This document shows positions 18,656 to 27,454 of a DNA stretch of 43,407 nt, in pieces. Within the stretch, counting starts at the first letter, position 1; every line of letters starts with the position of its first letter. The position numbers were made by a program, and so were the translations under genes. The notes under the pieces were generated by a model. It searched no databases. It had not been told where the DNA came from and worked only from the letters and a program-made list of their open reading frames with translations. Source of the stretch: a virus (taxonomy: Duplodnaviria > Caudoviricetes); IMG/VR virus record IMGVR_UViG_3300037424_001991, positions 1 to 43,407 of that record; one strand, given 5' to 3'.

Positions 18656-18873
18656 GGCCTACCGAGGAGGAGATAAATGCAAACCGTAACGAGGAATCAG
18701 GTGTTGATGATGGCGGCTACAATATTTGCTGGGGTTGTGGCGAACCCTTGTATGGCAGCTATGGTTGCGGACCAGTACGCAAGGCAAAACTTACTGCAAC
18801 AGACTTTGTGGGATGTGCAAAATATGTTCACATCATCCGGTATCGAAATCGTTGAAGGTTGAGGCCGCCCAAC
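18569..18873 (+). repeat. 305-bp exact direct repeat, copy A (cassette 3); copy B at 19249-19553
   Basis: Identical sequence whose boundaries fall on the AAC/GTT recombination triplets. Confidence 0.96.
18677..18862 (+). CDS. Hypothetical 61-aa protein, cassette 3
   Basis: GAGGAGG RBS; fits between attC sites; AATIFAGVVANP hydrophobic motif. Confidence 0.7.
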   Translation: MQTVTRNQVLMMAATIFAGVVANPCMAAMVADQYARQNLLQQTLWDVQNMFTSSGIEIVEG

Positions 18874-18954
18874 GCCAGAACTCAGCGGGCCCGGCTCAGG
18901 ACCAGCCGGAACGCCGCGCACGTTTACCGGGTCCGATGGAGGGATTGGTTAACT
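18867..18954 (-). other. attC: attC site 2
   Basis: Minus strand: AGTTAAC CAATC CCTCCATC GGACCCGG...CCGGGCCC GCTGAGT TCTGGC GTTGGGC. Confidence 0.9.
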
Positions 18955-18957
18955 GTT

Positions 18958-19251
18958 ATGACTGACGCCGACATAAAAACTGAAACGTCTGACTCTCTGG
19001 CCGACCTCAGAATGAGAATTGTGGCAGAGTTGGCCAGACGAACAAAAGAACCGACCCAAAGATGTTGGGTTGTCCGCCTCAGTGGTTGTGAGAGCGGTGC
19101 GACGTTTTTTAAAAAATATGAAGAGGCTAAGACGGAATTTATTGATGAGGTCGATTTTACCGTGCGGGACACAGGAAATAAATATTCGTTAGAACCGCTC
19201 GAGATACCCACCTCTGATTATAATTCTAGGCCAGATCGTTGGTACAGTTAA
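18958..19251 (+). CDS. Hypothetical 97-aa protein, cassette 2
   Basis: Low-GC ORF filling the cassette; ATG 3 nt after attC2; TAA stop within the next R' box. Confidence 0.75.
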   Translation: MTDADIKTETSDSLADLRMRIVAELARRTKEPTQRCWVVRLSGCESGATFFKKYEEAKTEFIDEVDFTVRDTGNKYSLEPLEIPTSDYNSRPDRWYS

Positions 19252-19335
19252 CGTGGCTGGTCACTTGCCAGCCGACAAACTTGAATAACAAAAACCGCCG
19301 CTCCAACCTGGTCAAGTGCAGTAGCTTTGTTGGGC
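19246..19335 (-). other. attC: attC site 1
   Basis: Same as attC3 but R' = GTTAACT, donated by the neighbouring cassette as expected. Confidence 0.88.
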
Positions 19336-19356
19336 GGCCTACCGAGGAGGAGATAA

Positions 19357-19542
19357 ATGCAAACCGTAACGAGGAATCAGGTGTTGATGATGGCGGCTAC
19401 AATATTTGCTGGGGTTGTGGCGAACCCTTGTATGGCAGCTATGGTTGCGGACCAGTACGCAAGGCAAAACTTACTGCAACAGACTTTGTGGGATGTGCAA
19501 AATATGTTCACATCATCCGGTATCGAAATCGTTGAAGGTTGA
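19357..19542 (+). CDS. Hypothetical 61-aa protein, cassette 1 (duplicate of cassette 3)
   Basis: Identical to 18677-18862. Confidence 0.7.
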   Translation: MQTVTRNQVLMMAATIFAGVVANPCMAAMVADQYARQNLLQQTLWDVQNMFTSSGIEIVEG

Positions 19543-19546
19543 GGCC

Positions 19547-19607
19547 GCCCAACCACCGTTATAAAGCCACCACGGCGGTCTAACCCACCAGCCGCCGAGG
19601 GCACAAC
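19547..19607 (-). other. attI: attI site
   Basis: Minus strand TTTATAA-CGGTG-GTTGGGC (L box, 5 nt, R box) with no attC hairpin; upstream GTTAGAC and GTTGTGC direct-repeat-like boxes; 5' of intI. Confidence 0.75.
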
Positions 19608-19640
19608 CACCCCGCAAACCTTAACCGGGAGGGCAAAACC

Positions 19641-20648
19641 ATGAATCAGCCAGCACAGCAAACACCGCCGCAATCAACGCCCGACAATAACCCCCCCCGG
19701 CTCAAGGACCAGGTCCACGCCGTCTGCCGTCGTCGCTATCTTTCCCTGCGCACTGAAAAGTCCTACTGGCACTGGATTGTCGCGTTCTGCCGCCACTACC
19801 AGAATCAAGTCCACCCACGCGACATGGGCGACCAGGAGGTCACCGACTACCTTACCCATCTGGCCGTCAAGCGCGGGGTGGCGGCGGCTACGCAAAACCA
19901 GGCATTCAACGCCTTGCTCTTCCTCTACCGCGACGTGCTGGAAAAACCCCTCGGCAACGTCGACGCCATGCGGGCCAAGCGCACCCGGCGTCTGCCGGTG
20001 GTCCTCTCCCGGGATGAGGTCAAGCGGCTGCTCGGCAAGATGACCGCCGTCCACTGGCTGATCGCGTCGCTCCTGTACGGCTCCGGCCTGCGGCTCATGG
20101 AGGCCATGCGCCTGCGGGTGCAGGATGTGGATTTCGACCGCCGGCAGATCATCGTCCGCATGGGCAAGGGCAACAAGGACCGCGTCGTCCCCCTGCCCAG
20201 CGCCATCGTCGGCGAGCTGCAGCGCCACCTTGCCGCGGTCGAACGGCTTCACCAGCAGGACCGGGCCGACAAGATTCCCTGCTCCATGGAGCCGTCCCTG
20301 GCCCGCAAGTTCCAGCTTGCCCCTTACTCCTGGGGATGGTTCTATGTTTTCCCGGCTCGGCAGCGGGCCATCGACCCGATCTCCGGCAAGCTCAAACGCC
20401 ACCACCTGCACGAGACCGCGATCCAGAAGGCGGTGCACGAGGCTGCCCGGGCGGCCAAACTCACCAAGCGCTGCGGCTGCCACACCCTGCGCCACAGTTT
20501 CGCCACCCACCTGCTGGAGGCTGGCCGGGATATTCGGACCATCCAGGAGATGCTGGGCCACAAGGATCTCAACACCACCATGATCTACACCCATGTGATG
20601 AGCCGGGAGGCCATTGTCAGCCCGTTGGATATGGTGATCGGCGCATGA
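19641..20648 (+). CDS. intI: Integron integrase
   Basis: SLRTEKSY, AATQNQAFNALLFLY, YGSGLRLME, GKGNKDR, IntI-specific insertion (LARKF...WGWFYVFPA...DP.SG...RHH), HTLRHSFATHLL, LGH, TTMIYTHV, SPLD. Confidence 0.97.
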   Translation: MNQPAQQTPPQSTPDNNPPRLKDQVHAVCRRRYLSLRTEKSYWHWIVAFCRHYQNQVHPRDMGDQEVTDYLTHLAVKRGVAAATQNQAFNALLFLYRDVLEKPLGNVDAMRAKRTRRLPVVLSRDEVKRLLGKMTAVHWLIASLLYGSGLRLMEAMRLRVQDVDFDRRQIIVRMGKGNKDRVVPLPSAIVGELQRHLAAVERLHQQDRADKIPCSMEPSLARKFQLAPYSWGWFYVFPARQRAIDPISGKLKRHHLHETAIQKAVHEAARAAKLTKRCGCHTLRHSFATHLLEAGRDIRTIQEMLGHKDLNTTMIYTHVMSREAIVSPLDMVIGA

Positions 20649-22705
20649 TCCCCCACGCCGCCCCGCGCCAGATAACCATCACCACCCCCCCTCCCTGGAT
20701 CACGCCGGAGATCGCCGCCCGTCTTTCCTCCGGTCATGAGTTCCGCTTCTCCAAACCGGAGCGCAAGGTCTGGCGCAAAAAGAAGCTGATCCCCGCTTCC
20801 GACTGGGCCGAGCGCAACTTTATCCTCACCGACGGCCCCCTCAAGGGTAGCCGCTGGCGGCGGGAGATGGCGCCCTGGTCGGCCGGGATGATGGACGCCT
20901 CGTTTTTCCCGTCGGTGCGGCGGAACATAAACTGCAAATCGGTCCAGTCGGCCGGCTCCACCTACATCAGCGCCTGCCTCTGCTACGCCGCCGACCGCCG
21001 CCCCGGCGACACCATGATCATCATGCCCAGCCAGGCAGCGGCCCGCAAAAGGATCCAGGACCGGTTGATCCCGATGATCGAGCAAAGCCCGGTCCTGGCC
21101 GACCTGCTCACCGGCAAGGAAGACGACAAGGCCTCCTGCCGGGTCAAGCTGACTCATATGCTGATCTACGCCGGATGGGCAGGCTCCCCAACATCCCTTG
21201 GCGACACCCCGGCAAAGTATGTCATCAAGGACGAAGCCGACAAATGGACCGAATCGGATACCGCAAACAACGAAGCCAGCAGCCATAAATTGGCGGACAA
21301 GCGGGTGACGACGTTCGAGAATTCTTACAAAATGTGGGACAACTCGACCCCCACCGTCGAGTCCGGCCACATCTGGCAGGCCCTCCTCACCGAGACCCAG
21401 ATCATCAGCTCGTTTTGGGTCCGCTGCCCGGACTGCGCTACCTACCAGGTCATGATCTCCCGGCAAATCGTCTGGGAAGGAGGCACCGAGGCCAACCCGG
21501 TCAAGGTCGAGGCCGAGCGCCTGGCCGGTTACACCTGCCACAATTGCGGCTCCACCTGGGATGATCACCGCCGCAATCTCGCCGCCCAGGCCGGGGAGTG
21601 GAGAGCCCTGCCCACCGAAGGCTGGGCCGACCGCCTCGAAAAACTCAAATCAGGCGATCACACCGCCTTTGACGGCGCCATTGAACTTTTTGAATACCTC
21701 CGCAGCCACCGCCCGGAAACCATCGGTTTCCACACCCCGGCCTGGTTTTCCCGCTATGTCAGCCTCAGCAAATGCGCCGCTGCGATCATCCGGGCCGCAA
21801 CCTTGGGCCTCGATGAGGTCAAGGATCTGGCCAACAACTTTGCCGCCGAGCCCTGGCGTCAGGTGATCCAGCAGACCGCCGAGTCTGATATCCTCATGGC
21901 CCGCTGCGCCCTGCCCCCGCAAACCGTTCCTGCCCAGGCCGTGGCCCTGGTCTGTTTCATCGACATGCAAAAACATGGTTTCTGGTTCTGCGTCCGGGCC
22001 TTTGCCCGCGATTTCACCTCCTGGAACATCCACCACGGCCAGCTGCCGGACTGGGCCGAGCTGGAGGCCCTGCTCTTCGAGACCAGCTACCCGGTGCAGG
22101 ACTCAGGCCGGACGATGCGGATCTGGCGGGCCGGGCTGGACACCGGCGGCGGCAAGGACAAGGATGCCGATATCAGCCGCACCGAGGAGGCCTATTTCTG
22201 GCTGCGGAAAAACGGCCAGGGGAGAGGCTGCCGGGTATGGGGCACCAAGGGCTCCAGCACCAGGATTGCCGGGGGCCGCTTGCGGGTGGGCAAGCCCCTG
22301 GACAAAACCCCCAGCGGCAAGCCGTTGCCCGGCGGCCTGCAGCTCATCTTCCTCGACACCGACCAGCTCAAAGATGCTTTTCACTACCGGTTAGGCCAGA
22401 CCCTCACCGGCGGCCCCCAGGCGGCCTGGCTGCACAGCGAAAGCGGCAAAGACTACGCCCGGCAGATCGCCGCCGAGAAAAAACAGAAAAACCGGCAGGG
22501 GGTTGATGAGTGGATCAAAACCAGCAAAGACAACCACTATCTCGACTGCGAGGTGGGGTGCCTGGCCCTGGCTGATCCGGAGTGGCCGGGCGGCGGGGTG
22601 AATTTGCTGCTGCCGCCGGCGCCGCCCCGGACCCCGGAGAAAAAAAGAGAAGAAGACGGTTTTTCCATCGGCAAATTCAACAGACCGGAGTGGCTAAACA
22701 GATGA
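20645..22705 (+). CDS. terL: Terminase large subunit (lambda GpA family)
   Basis: KSVQSAGS (deviant Walker A), VIKDEAD, STPT, CPDC/CHNC, IDMQ, DTGG, NHYLDCEV. ATG overlaps the intI stop. Confidence 0.92.
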   Translation: MIPHAAPRQITITTPPPWITPEIAARLSSGHEFRFSKPERKVWRKKKLIPASDWAERNFILTDGPLKGSRWRREMAPWSAGMMDASFFPSVRRNINCKSVQSAGSTYISACLCYAADRRPGDTMIIMPSQAAARKRIQDRLIPMIEQSPVLADLLTGKEDDKASCRVKLTHMLIYAGWAGSPTSLGDTPAKYVIKDEADKWTESDTANNEASSHKLADKRVTTFENSYKMWDNSTPTVESGHIWQALLTETQIISSFWVRCPDCATYQVMISRQIVWEGGTEANPVKVEAERLAGYTCHNCGSTWDDHRRNLAAQAGEWRALPTEGWADRLEKLKSGDHTAFDGAIELFEYLRSHRPETIGFHTPAWFSRYVSLSKCAAAIIRAATLGLDEVKDLANNFAAEPWRQVIQQTAESDILMARCALPPQTVPAQAVALVCFIDMQKHGFWFCVRAFARDFTSWNIHHGQLPDWAELEALLFETSYPVQDSGRTMRIWRAGLDTGGGKDKDADISRTEEAYFWLRKNGQGRGCRVWGTKGSSTRIAGGRLRVGKPLDKTPSGKPLPGGLQLIFLDTDQLKDAFHYRLGQTLTGGPQAAWLHSESGKDYARQIAAEKKQKNRQGVDEWIKTSKDNHYLDCEVGCLALADPEWPGGGVNLLLPPAPPRTPEKKREEDGFSIGKFNRPEWLNR

Positions 22706-22935
22706 GCAACCATGTCGCCGCAAAAACCCGTCGTGTATTCACCACCAAGGACGAGATTAAGGACTATCTCAATATCTCCGACATTTTGTTCAAAAAGTTC
22801 ATCAAATCCGGCATGCCTGCCCTTTTTATCGATGGCCGCTGGTACGCGCACGCCGACAACATCGACGGCTGGTTCCGCGCCACCACCATGGTCAGCCACA
22901 GAGGGATGGATCCGGAAGAATTGGCCTCAAAATAG
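22702..22935 (+). CDS. Small winged-HTH (Xis/MerR-like) protein, candidate late activator
   Basis: KDEIKDYLNIS...FIKSGMP...DGRW...IDGW pattern. Confidence 0.65.
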   Translation: MSNHVAAKTRRVFTTKDEIKDYLNISDILFKKFIKSGMPALFIDGRWYAHADNIDGWFRATTMVSHRGMDPEELASK

Positions 22936-22970
22936 CCCCCAAAACTTCATCTTAAAAAACCTGTCAAGAC

Positions 22971-23050
22971 CTTTTCACCCCTCGTTTACCCCCAGAACAC
23001 CCCCCGTTTACCCCCCGTTTCCAATATTTGCCAAAAACCCACGGTATAGT
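22971..23050 (+). promoter_or_regulatory. Candidate activator-dependent late promoter
   Basis: Tandem 11-bp-period repeats ending ACCCC, upstream of TATAGT, with no properly spaced -35. Confidence 0.5.
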
Positions 23051-23088
23051 GTGCTCAACAAAAAAGCACCACTACCAACGGGGCAGCA

Positions 23089-23304
23089 ATGGCAATCAAA
23101 ACCACCCTAGCGCAACTTGAGGAAGTCCAGGCCGCGATCAGCAAGGTCATGGGCGGCCAGGATGTGGTCATTGCCGGAAACCGGATGACCCGCGCCAACC
23201 TCAAGGAGTTGACCGAACGCGAGACCCTGCTCCTCGCCCGCTACAAGTCCGAGCAGGGCACCGGAGGCATCCATTTCTCCACCGGCCTGATGAGGCGCGA
23301 CTGA
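23089..23304 (+). CDS. Head-tail joining protein (gpW-like)
   Basis: LEEVQAAI...GQ...GNRMTRANLKEL; located before the portal. Confidence 0.75.
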   Translation: MAIKTTLAQLEEVQAAISKVMGGQDVVIAGNRMTRANLKELTERETLLLARYKSEQGTGGIHFSTGLMRRD

Positions 23305-24992
23305 TGCAGGGTGCTGCCAGCCAAAGTGAGATCTTCGCCACTGCGATGAATATCATCTCTTCTTCCCTGGGTCAGCCCATGGCGGCACAGCGTGCCCCCA
23401 GTGCCCCCATATTGTACGGCGCTAACAACCAGCCCCTTGCTCCCTCCATGCCGCAGTACGGCATCCAGCGTACCGCCGCCAAGCGCAGCGGCTCCATGAA
23501 AAAGTGGATTCCGCGCCGGGTGATCGGCCAGCAGCAGGAGGCCATCGAGCGCGAGGCCATGGTCGATCGCTCCACCGACCTGGTCAACAACGATCCCCAT
23601 GCCGCCGGGGTGGTGGATCTTTTCGCCACCACCGTCATCGGCCCCGGCCTCACCCCCCATTACAGCCTCGACCCGGAAGACCTCGGCCTCGATCAGGAGC
23701 AGGTCCGCATCGTCCAGCGGCAGATGCGCAACAATCTCCGCACCTGGTCCGGTTTCGCCGACGCTGGCGGCCGACTTACCTTCGGCGGTATCCAGCACCT
23801 GATCAAGCGTAACCTTTTCCAGTACGGCGAATATCTCGTTTTGCTGCCGATGCTTGCCGACACTGCCCGGCCCTTCTCTCTGGCCTGCCAGGTGCTCCAC
23901 CCCCTCCGGCTCAAGACCCCGAGCGATTTCCTCAACCGCCCCGACATCCGCGACGGGGTCGAGCTGGGCGAGTACGGCGAGGCCAAGGCCTACTGGATCA
24001 AAAAAACCGATGGCAGTCGGGGCCGGATGCTCAACGACACCTCCGCCAATTTCCTTCGTATCGAGGCCAAACAAGGCCACCGCTGGCGGGTGCTCCACGG
24101 TTTCATCCAAAAAGAGGCCGAGCAGGTCCGGGGAGTCCCGGAGTTCGCCCCCGGGATGAAGATGTTTCGCGACCTAAACGACTACCTCGACGCCGAGCTG
24201 GTTTCCAATATCGTCACCGCGGCCTTTTCGATGTTTGTCGAAACCACCGGCGACCAGTACAACCTGGCCAACAACCTGGCGACCTTCAGCGAAACCAGCA
24301 CCGTCAACGGCCAGACCAAAACCGACCGCTACCAGGAGATGCAGCCCGGTCAGATCATGTACGGCGGGCCCGGAGAAAAGCCGCACCCCATCTCCGCCGC
24401 CCGTCCAGGAGCCACCTTTGAGCCCTTCACCAAGGTGATCAAAAAGGCGATCGCCGTCTCCTGCAATATCCCCTACCCGGTTTTGTGGCGGGATGTCGAA
24501 GGGGTCAGCTTTGCCGGGTTCCGCTCGGCCATGCTCGAAGCCTGGCGGGTCTTTTCCTGCCACCGGCAATGGATGGGCAGCGGCTTCTGTCAGCCGGTCA
24601 ACACCATGCTCCAGGAGGAGGCCTTTCTCCGGGGCAAGCTCGACATCCCCGATTTTTATGAGCGGATGTGGGATCTCACCGCCGCCGAGTGGGTAGGCCC
24701 CCCCAAGGGCGATATCGAGCCGATCAAGGCGGTCCAGGCCGACCTGATGGCGATCAACGGCAATCTCAAAACCAGGCAACAGGCCATCGCCGAGCGCGGC
24801 GGCGACTACCGCCGGGTCTTTGACGATCTGGCGGTGGAAAAAGGGATCCTCAAGGAAAAAGACCTCTACGACGACCCGGCCAAAGCGCCGCCCCGCGCTG
24901 CAGCCGCCGATAAACCGGAAGACGAAGAGGGCGCCGCCATCCTGGCCCGCCTCGATGAGGTGGTGTCAATGATCGAGGAGCAACGCGAATGA
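23304..24992 (+). CDS. Portal protein, lambda family
   Basis: RSTDLVNNDPHA, DGVE...G...AYW, QVRGVP, SFAGFRSAMLE, IEPIK. Confidence 0.93.
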   Translation: MQGAASQSEIFATAMNIISSSLGQPMAAQRAPSAPILYGANNQPLAPSMPQYGIQRTAAKRSGSMKKWIPRRVIGQQQEAIEREAMVDRSTDLVNNDPHAAGVVDLFATTVIGPGLTPHYSLDPEDLGLDQEQVRIVQRQMRNNLRTWSGFADAGGRLTFGGIQHLIKRNLFQYGEYLVLLPMLADTARPFSLACQVLHPLRLKTPSDFLNRPDIRDGVELGEYGEAKAYWIKKTDGSRGRMLNDTSANFLRIEAKQGHRWRVLHGFIQKEAEQVRGVPEFAPGMKMFRDLNDYLDAELVSNIVTAAFSMFVETTGDQYNLANNLATFSETSTVNGQTKTDRYQEMQPGQIMYGGPGEKPHPISAARPGATFEPFTKVIKKAIAVSCNIPYPVLWRDVEGVSFAGFRSAMLEAWRVFSCHRQWMGSGFCQPVNTMLQEEAFLRGKLDIPDFYERMWDLTAAEWVGPPKGDIEPIKAVQADLMAINGNLKTRQQAIAERGGDYRRVFDDLAVEKGILKEKDLYDDPAKAPPRAAAADKPEDEEGAAILARLDEVVSMIEEQRE

Positions 24993-26365
24993 ATAATTAC
25001 GAGAAGAAAAACGCCCAGCGAGTCATGGCCCAGGTCTACGGCCAGCCCTGGCTGATCACCGAAGACGGCCTCTCGCAGATCGCCGCCATTGCCGACCGCC
25101 AGGGCGACATCGAAGCAGTCATGGTCAAGCGCGGCGAGAAACCGGACAACACCAGCCGGATCACCATGCGGGACAACGTCGCGGTTTTGGCAATCAGGGG
25201 GCCGATCTTCCGCTATGCCAACATGTTCACCGAAATTTCCGGCGCCAGCTCCATCGCCGCCCTGGCGGCGGACTTCCGCACTGTCCTGGATGATCCGGCC
25301 GTCAAGGCGATCATCCTCAATGTCGATTCCCCCGGCGGCCAGGTGAGCGGGGTAAACGAATTCGCCCAGCAGATCTACGACGCCAGGGGCAACAAGCCGA
25401 TTGCCGCCTATGTCGGCAACCTCTCGGCCTCCGCCGGGTACTGGCTGGCTTCGGCGGCAAGCACAATGGTGATCGACCCCACCGCCATGCTCGGTTCCCT
25501 CGGCGTGGTGATCGGCACCCGCAAGCCGGAAGACGGCTCCATGGAAATCGTCTCCAGCCGCGCCCCGAAAAAACGGCTTGACCCCACCACCGCCGCCGGT
25601 CAGGCCGAAATTCTGACCCGCGCCGACGATATCGAAGCGGTTTTCTTTGCCATGGCCGCCCGCAACCGTGGGGTAGGCGTCAACATCATCGAGGCCGATT
25701 TCGGCCAGGGTGGCATCTTGGTCGGAGAAAAGGCCGTGGCCGCTGGCATGGCCGACCGCCTCGGCAGCCTGGAAGGTCTGATCGAAGAACTGAACGCACA
25801 AGTAAATCCCCCACGGCCGGCCTGGCCGATGAGGTCAACCGCCGCCGTTGCGGCACACACAAAAGGAGTTCCGGATATGAACCTCGAAGAATTGAAGGCG
25901 AAGTATCCCGAGGCCAGCCAGGCGATTTTCGACGAAGGCCAGGCCGCGGGGAAAGCAAAAGCAGTTGAGGAAGGCGGCAAACTCTCCGCCGAGGCCATTA
26001 CCGACGAAACCACCCGAGTCCTTGGCCTAGCTGCCGTCCAGTTCGGGCCGGAGCAGGGCGAGGCCTTCGCGGCCATCGTCACCACCGGGGTCACCGTGGA
26101 TCAGCTCAAGGCGATCCGTGGCGCTACCCCCACCCCGGCTGCAGCTTCCTCCACCCAGGCGGACATGCTGGCCGCGATTACCGCCGCCGGCGCACCCAAC
26201 CCTGGGGCCGGAGGCGACCAACGCCCAGGCGCCAAGGATTTTGACGCCCTGGTCGCCGAGCATCAGGCCGCCCATAAAAGCAGCAAAACGGCGGCCATGC
26301 AGGCAGCCATGCGGCAGGATCCCGCCGCCCATAAATCCTGGCTGGCAAAACAGCAGGTCCATTGA
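24989..26365 (+). CDS. Prohead protease (S49) with C-terminal scaffold
   Basis: VDSPGG, ASAGYWLAS, GSLGV; internal AAGGAG+ATG at 25877 suggests a nested scaffold start. Confidence 0.9.
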   Translation: MNNYEKKNAQRVMAQVYGQPWLITEDGLSQIAAIADRQGDIEAVMVKRGEKPDNTSRITMRDNVAVLAIRGPIFRYANMFTEISGASSIAALAADFRTVLDDPAVKAIILNVDSPGGQVSGVNEFAQQIYDARGNKPIAAYVGNLSASAGYWLASAASTMVIDPTAMLGSLGVVIGTRKPEDGSMEIVSSRAPKKRLDPTTAAGQAEILTRADDIEAVFFAMAARNRGVGVNIIEADFGQGGILVGEKAVAAGMADRLGSLEGLIEELNAQVNPPRPAWPMRSTAAVAAHTKGVPDMNLEELKAKYPEASQAIFDEGQAAGKAKAVEEGGKLSAEAITDETTRVLGLAAVQFGPEQGEAFAAIVTTGVTVDQLKAIRGATPTPAAASSTQADMLAAITAAGAPNPGAGGDQRPGAKDFDALVAEHQAAHKSSKTAAMQAAMRQDPAAHKSWLAKQQVH

Positions 26366-26380
26366 TCGAGCGATAGCCGC

Positions 26381-26415
26381 CAGCACTCGGAACGCAGCCC
26401 TCTGCACTCAGAACT
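26381..26415 (+). repeat. Degenerate heptamer tract (CAGCACT-type)
   Basis: cagcact cggaacg cagccct ctgcact cagaact, directly before the RBS. Confidence 0.6.
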
Positions 26416-26433
26416 AAAAAAAAGGAGCACACC

Positions 26434-27396
26434 ATGCCATACAACGAAGGCCCTAAAACTTTCAAAGCCGGGACCGCCCTGCTTGCCCGCCGCCGGGTGA
26501 AGATCGAGAGCGGCACCACCACCACCCCTCCCGAGGTCGTCTATGCCGGCGCCGGTGAGGATTTTATCGGCGTCACCGAATACGCCGTGGCCGACGGCGC
26601 CGATGTGGCAGTCAAACTCAACAACCAGCCCGGCACATTCGAAATCGAGTGCCTGGTTGACTCAGCCATTGCACGGGGCACCGTCCTCTACGGCGGGGCC
26701 AACGGGGTGGTAACCGACGCCTCCTCCGGCACCGCCCATGGTCTCGCCCTCGAAGTCGGGGCCGATGGCTCCCATATCGAGGTCGCGCTCTGGAATGTCA
26801 AGTCCACCACCGCCGCCACCGTCTCCGTGGCGGATACCGCCGAGCACACCGACCAGACCACGGTCGAGGCGGCCATCGCCGAGATCTACGCCAATATGTT
26901 CACCGCCCAGGCCACCCTCCCGGTGCCCCTGGCTGGCATCACCCTGGAAGACGGCACCGCCCTGACCAAGCAGGCCACTACCGCCACCGGCATCGCCCAG
27001 CTTGCCAATAAAGAGCAGGTGATCATGGTTCCGGTCAGCGGCGCCGAACTGGCCCTGGGCTTTTCCCTCCCTGTCCCCCAGGATCTGGACGACACGGCCG
27101 ACATCACCGTGCATGCCTTGGTCGGCAAGGATGCAGCCAACGACGCCCTCACCCTGGACTGCGAAGTTTTCCCGGTCGGGGTAGGCGATCTGGCCAATGC
27201 CGATATTCAGGATACCGCTGCCCAGGCCATTGTCGCCACCGGCACCGAGCTGGTCTTCACCTGCGGCGCGGATGGAGTCCTGGCCGCCCCCGGCGCCCTC
27301 TCCGTGGTCCTGACGGTAGGTGGCACCAACGACGGCGACGCGGTCTACCTCTACGGAGCCTGGATCGAATACAAGCGGAAGCTGTTGACCGCATAA
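26434..27396 (+). CDS. Capsid decoration/cement protein with C-terminal extension
   Basis: Between protease and capsid; DUF2190-like N-terminal ~120 aa. Confidence 0.65.
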   Translation: MPYNEGPKTFKAGTALLARRRVKIESGTTTTPPEVVYAGAGEDFIGVTEYAVADGADVAVKLNNQPGTFEIECLVDSAIARGTVLYGGANGVVTDASSGTAHGLALEVGADGSHIEVALWNVKSTTAATVSVADTAEHTDQTTVEAAIAEIYANMFTAQATLPVPLAGITLEDGTALTKQATTATGIAQLANKEQVIMVPVSGAELALGFSLPVPQDLDDTADITVHALVGKDAANDALTLDCEVFPVGVGDLANADIQDTAAQAIVATGTELVFTCGADGVLAAPGALSVVLTVGGTNDGDAVYLYGAWIEYKRKLLTA

Positions 27397-27454
27397 CCCT
27401 GGGATTGCCGCTGATTCAGCGCCCCCCATTATTTTGACTTAAAAGGAGCACATC

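Larger units (their letters stand above)
17739..20648. mobile_element. Complete integron (intI, attI, four cassettes) between terS and terL
   Basis: Integron integrase plus four attC hairpins and an attI-like site, in canonical mutual orientation. Confidence 0.92.

Noticed and set aside
18535-18855. Alternative Cys-containing ORF through attC3 (also 19239-19535)
   Set aside because: The overlapping frame 18677-18862 has a strong GAGGAGG RBS and fits the cassette. The alternative is not fully excluded.
18569-19553. 305-bp repeat pair as a DGR TR/VR pair or a CRISPR array
   Set aside because: The copies are identical with no adenine-specific differences, far too long for CRISPR repeats, and end at attC crossover points.
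19554-19640. LexA box or Pc promoter near intI
   Set aside because: No convincing consensus could be identified by eye.
20336-20644. Extended 789-aa terminase N-terminus from the ORF track
   Set aside because: It overlaps the conserved intI C-terminus; ATG 20645, coupled to the intI stop, is the more plausible start.
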